Positions 61,753 to 64,000 of a stretch of 64,000 nucleotides of DNA are shown piece by piece (positions within the stretch are counted from its first letter, which is position 1; every line of letters begins with the position of its first letter). Source of the stretch: Blastocladiella emersonii ATCC 22665 (taxonomy: Eukaryota; Fungi; Blastocladiomycota). Position numbers and translations under genes: made by a program. The notes beneath the pieces are model-generated. The model was not told where the DNA came from. It did no database searches and worked only from the letters and a program-made list of their open reading frames with translations. The DNA is taken from assembly GCA_025594325.1 (NCBI GenBank), contig JANHCV010000007.1, positions 1,922,001 to 1,986,000 of the forward strand, in the 5' to 3' direction.

Positions 61753-64000
61753 ATGGCCGGCACCTCCCCGCGCCTCCCGCCGGCCTCGCCTGCCGCACCG
61801 GCGTCGACCGCCGATCCCGTCTCCCAGATCGCCGACAACGTCGCCGTCCCGCTCGTCGCGCCGCCGCCCGCCGACGACCGCGACCGCGATCATGCACCAT
61901 CAAAGTCCGTCAACAGCAGCGCCGAGTCGCTCGTCGCCAAGCGCTCGGCCCCGACCGCTGCCGCTGCCGATTCCGGCGCCGAGTCGGTCTCGCAGTCCAC
62001 GTCGCCGATGCTCGCCGCCAACATCTTCTCGCGCCTGTGCGGCCCTTCTCGCCCTTGCTCCGTCCATGAATCGCCCCGCTCACCCCACCTCGCACCCTCC
62101 ACTAGCTGGTACTCGTGGTGCACCCCGCTGATGCGCGCCGGCTACCACCACCCGCTGCAGGAATCGGACCTGCTCCCGCTCGGCGAGCCCTTCGCCGCCG
62201 ACCGCGCCCTCGCCACCTTCCTCGGCCACTTCCGCACCACCCTCGCCGCGTGGCAGACCAAGGTCGGCCTGCCCACCGCGACGGACCGCAACCCCGCCCT
62301 CCACGTCCCCGCGCCGCACCGCGTCCCGCTCGCCGTCATCCTGCGCGCCCTCTACCGCTCCTTCGGCACCATGTGGGTCGTCGCCGGCGCCCTCAAGGTC
62401 CTCGGCGACGCGACCGCCCTGCTCATCCCCGTCTGCGTCGCCCGCATCGTCGCCATCCTGTCCGATTGCCAGGCCAGCTTCGCCCCCGCTGCCGCCGCCG
62501 ACCAGCCTGAGCACTACTGCAACGCCAACGCCGGCTTCGTCACCGTCGCCCTCATGTTCGCGTGCCAGCTCGTCTCGAGCGTCTCGACCAACGCCTTCTG
62601 GCACCTGTCCATGTTCACCGGTCTGCGCGTCCGCACCGCCCTCGTCACCGCCATCTTCGACAAGGCCCTCAAGCTCAGCAACGCCGCCCGCGCCGCCGAG
62701 TGGAACGTCGGCAAGGTCGTCAACCTCGTCTCCACCGACTGCTCGCGCCTCAGCGACCAGGCCGTCCCCTTCTTCCACCAGCTCTGGACCTGCCCGCTCC
62801 AGGTCACCGTCGCCATGATCCTCATGGTCAACTACATTGGCTGGGCCGCCCTCGTCGGCTTCGGCTTCCTCGCCCTCTTCGTCCCGCTCCAGGGCCGCGC
62901 CATGGCCGCCATCGCCGTCATGCGCCGCAAGTCGCAGCGCATCACCGACCGCCGCGTCAAGCTCATCAACGAGCTGCTCCAGGGCATCAAGATCGTCAAG
63001 CTGCTCGCCTGGGAGCGGCCCTTCCTCGCCAAGGTCGAGGCCGAGCGCGAAAAGGAGCTCTACTACGTGACCCGCGTCGCTGTGTGGAAGTCGGCCGTCG
63101 TCGGCGTCGCCATCGCCGCGCCCGCCATCGCCGCCGTCTGCGCCTTCTCGACCTACGCCGCCTTCCACCCGCTCGTCCCCTCGCTCGTCTTCGGCTCGCT
63201 CTCGCTCCTCAACCTCGCCCGCATGCCGCTGTGGCAGATCCCGCAGGCCTACGCATACCTCCTCGACGCCCAGGTCGCGCTCCGCCGCATCACCAACCTG
63301 CTCGTCGCCGCCGAGTCCGAGGCCATGCCCACCGTCACCCGCTCCGACGACCCGAACCGCCCCGCCATCGCCATTGACGCCGCGTCCTTCACGTGGGAGC
63401 TCACCGGCGCCACCGGCCCGGTCCCTCCCGCGGCGCCCAGCTCGTCCGAGAAGGAGAAACTCGGCGCGAGCGACTCGGTCGTCGCGCTCCCGCTCCCGCT
63501 CCCGCTCCCGACCTCGTCCGCCGACGACGCTGTGTTCATCCGTGACCTCGACCTGCGCATCCCCAAGGGCGCGCTCGTTAGCGTCGTTGGAAAGGTGGGC
63601 TCCGGCAAGAGCTCCCTGCTCAGCGCCATGATCGGCGAGATGGAGCGCGTCGCCGGGTCGGTCGCCATTGACGGCCGCGTTGCGTACTGCCCGCAGATCC
63701 CCTTCATCCTCAACGACACGCTGCGCGCCAACGTGACTTTCGGCGCGCCCTTTGACGAGGCCCGCTACAACGACGCCATCTACTACAGCGCGCTGCACCG
63801 CGACCTCGCACAGCTGCCCGGCGGCGACGCGAGCGAGGTCGGCCAGCAGGGGCTCGTCCTGTCGGGCGGCCAGCGCGCCCGCACCACCCTCGCGCGCGCC
63901 CTCTTCGCCTCGCCGTCAATTCTTCTCGCCGACGATATTTTGGCCGCCCTGGACCAACATGTGGCTGCGTTCGTCTTCCACAAGTGCCTGCGCGGCCACC
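61753..64000 (+). CDS. ABCC/MRP-type ABC transporter, 5' part (lasso, TMD1, NBD1); exon 1 61753-62036, exon 2 62106 to beyond 64000
   Basis: Spliced ANIFSRLWYSWCTPLMRAGY..PLQESDL lasso motif and TDRRVKLINELLQGIKIVKLLAWE. Walker A GKVGSGKSS, signature LSGGQRAR, Walker B region LLADDILAALD. Confidence 0.93.
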   Translation, partial: MAGTSPRLPPASPAAPASTADPVSQIADNVAVPLVAPPPADDRDRDHAPSKSVNSSAESLVAKRSAPTAAAADSGAESVSQSTSPMLAANIFSRLCGPSRPCSVHESPRSPHLAPSTSWYSWCTPLMRAGYHHPLQESDLLPLGEPFAADRALATFLGHFRTTLAAWQTKVGLPTATDRNPALHVPAPHRVPLAVILRALYRSFGTMWVVAGALKVLGDATALLIPVCVARIVAILSDCQASFAPAAAADQPEHYCNANAGFVTVALMFACQLVSSVSTNAFWHLSMFTGLRVRTALVTAIFDKALKLSNAARAAEWNVGKVVNLVSTDCSRLSDQAVPFFHQLWTCPLQVTVAMILMVNYIGWAALVGFGFLALFVPLQGRAMAAIAVMRRKSQRITDRRVKLINELLQGIKIVKLLAWERPFLAKVEAEREKELYYVTRVAVWKSAVVGVAIAAPAIAAVCAFSTYAAFHPLVPSLVFGSLSLLNLARMPLWQIPQAYAYLLDAQVALRRITNLLVAAESEAMPTVTRSDDPNRPAIAIDAASFTWELTGATGPVPPAAPSSSEKEKLGASDSVVALPLPLPLPTSSADDAVFIRDLDLRIPKGALVSVVGKVGSGKSSLLSAMIGEMERVAGSVAIDGRVAYCPQIPFILNDTLRANVTFGAPFDEARYNDAIYYSALHRDLAQLPGGDASEVGQQGLVLSGGQRARTTLARALFASPSILLADDILAALDQHVAAFVFHKCLRGH

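Noticed and set aside
1-64000. CRISPR arrays, rRNA/tRNA genes, Fanzor/TnpB or intact transposases
   Set aside because: No regularly spaced repeat-spacer pattern, no recognisable structural RNA, and no RuvC or DDE motif set was found by eye. A covariance-model scan would be needed to exclude small RNAs.

Overview
GC-rich eukaryotic genomic DNA with short (about 60-75 nt) GT-AG introns. The gene set (flagellar central-pair genes, CatSper, myosin-type chitin synthase) indicates a zoosporic fungus; Blastocladiomycota is my inference. 1-24.4 kb holds HYDIN (3' end runs off the window), MPC2, a JHY-like gene, a globin-less androglobin (ADGB) and a CatSper1-like channel, so four of the first five genes are flagellum-associated. 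Next come an NmrA-like protein and a GCFC2/PAXBP1-like splicing factor. A 7.3-kb stretch without intact genes follows, containing two near-identical 372/376-bp AT-rich repeats and an eroded reading frame, then aspartyl aminopeptidase (DNPEP). The most unusual segment is 38.4-46.1 kb. It contains an intact, intron-bearing vWA protein resembling the baculovirus/large-DNA-virus p94 family, a (GA)n tract, and a mosaic duplicate of the 3' end of the neighbouring chitin synthase. It also contains an intron-bearing but disrupted gene ending in Cys/His repeats plus a giant-virus-type PD-(D/E)XK endonuclease. The window ends with the chitin synthase (degenerate myosin motor), a CHD6-9/Kismet-type remodeler and the 5' part of an ABCC transporter. 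All family assignments come from motifs recognised by eye, not database searches. No rRNA, tRNA or CRISPR array was seen.
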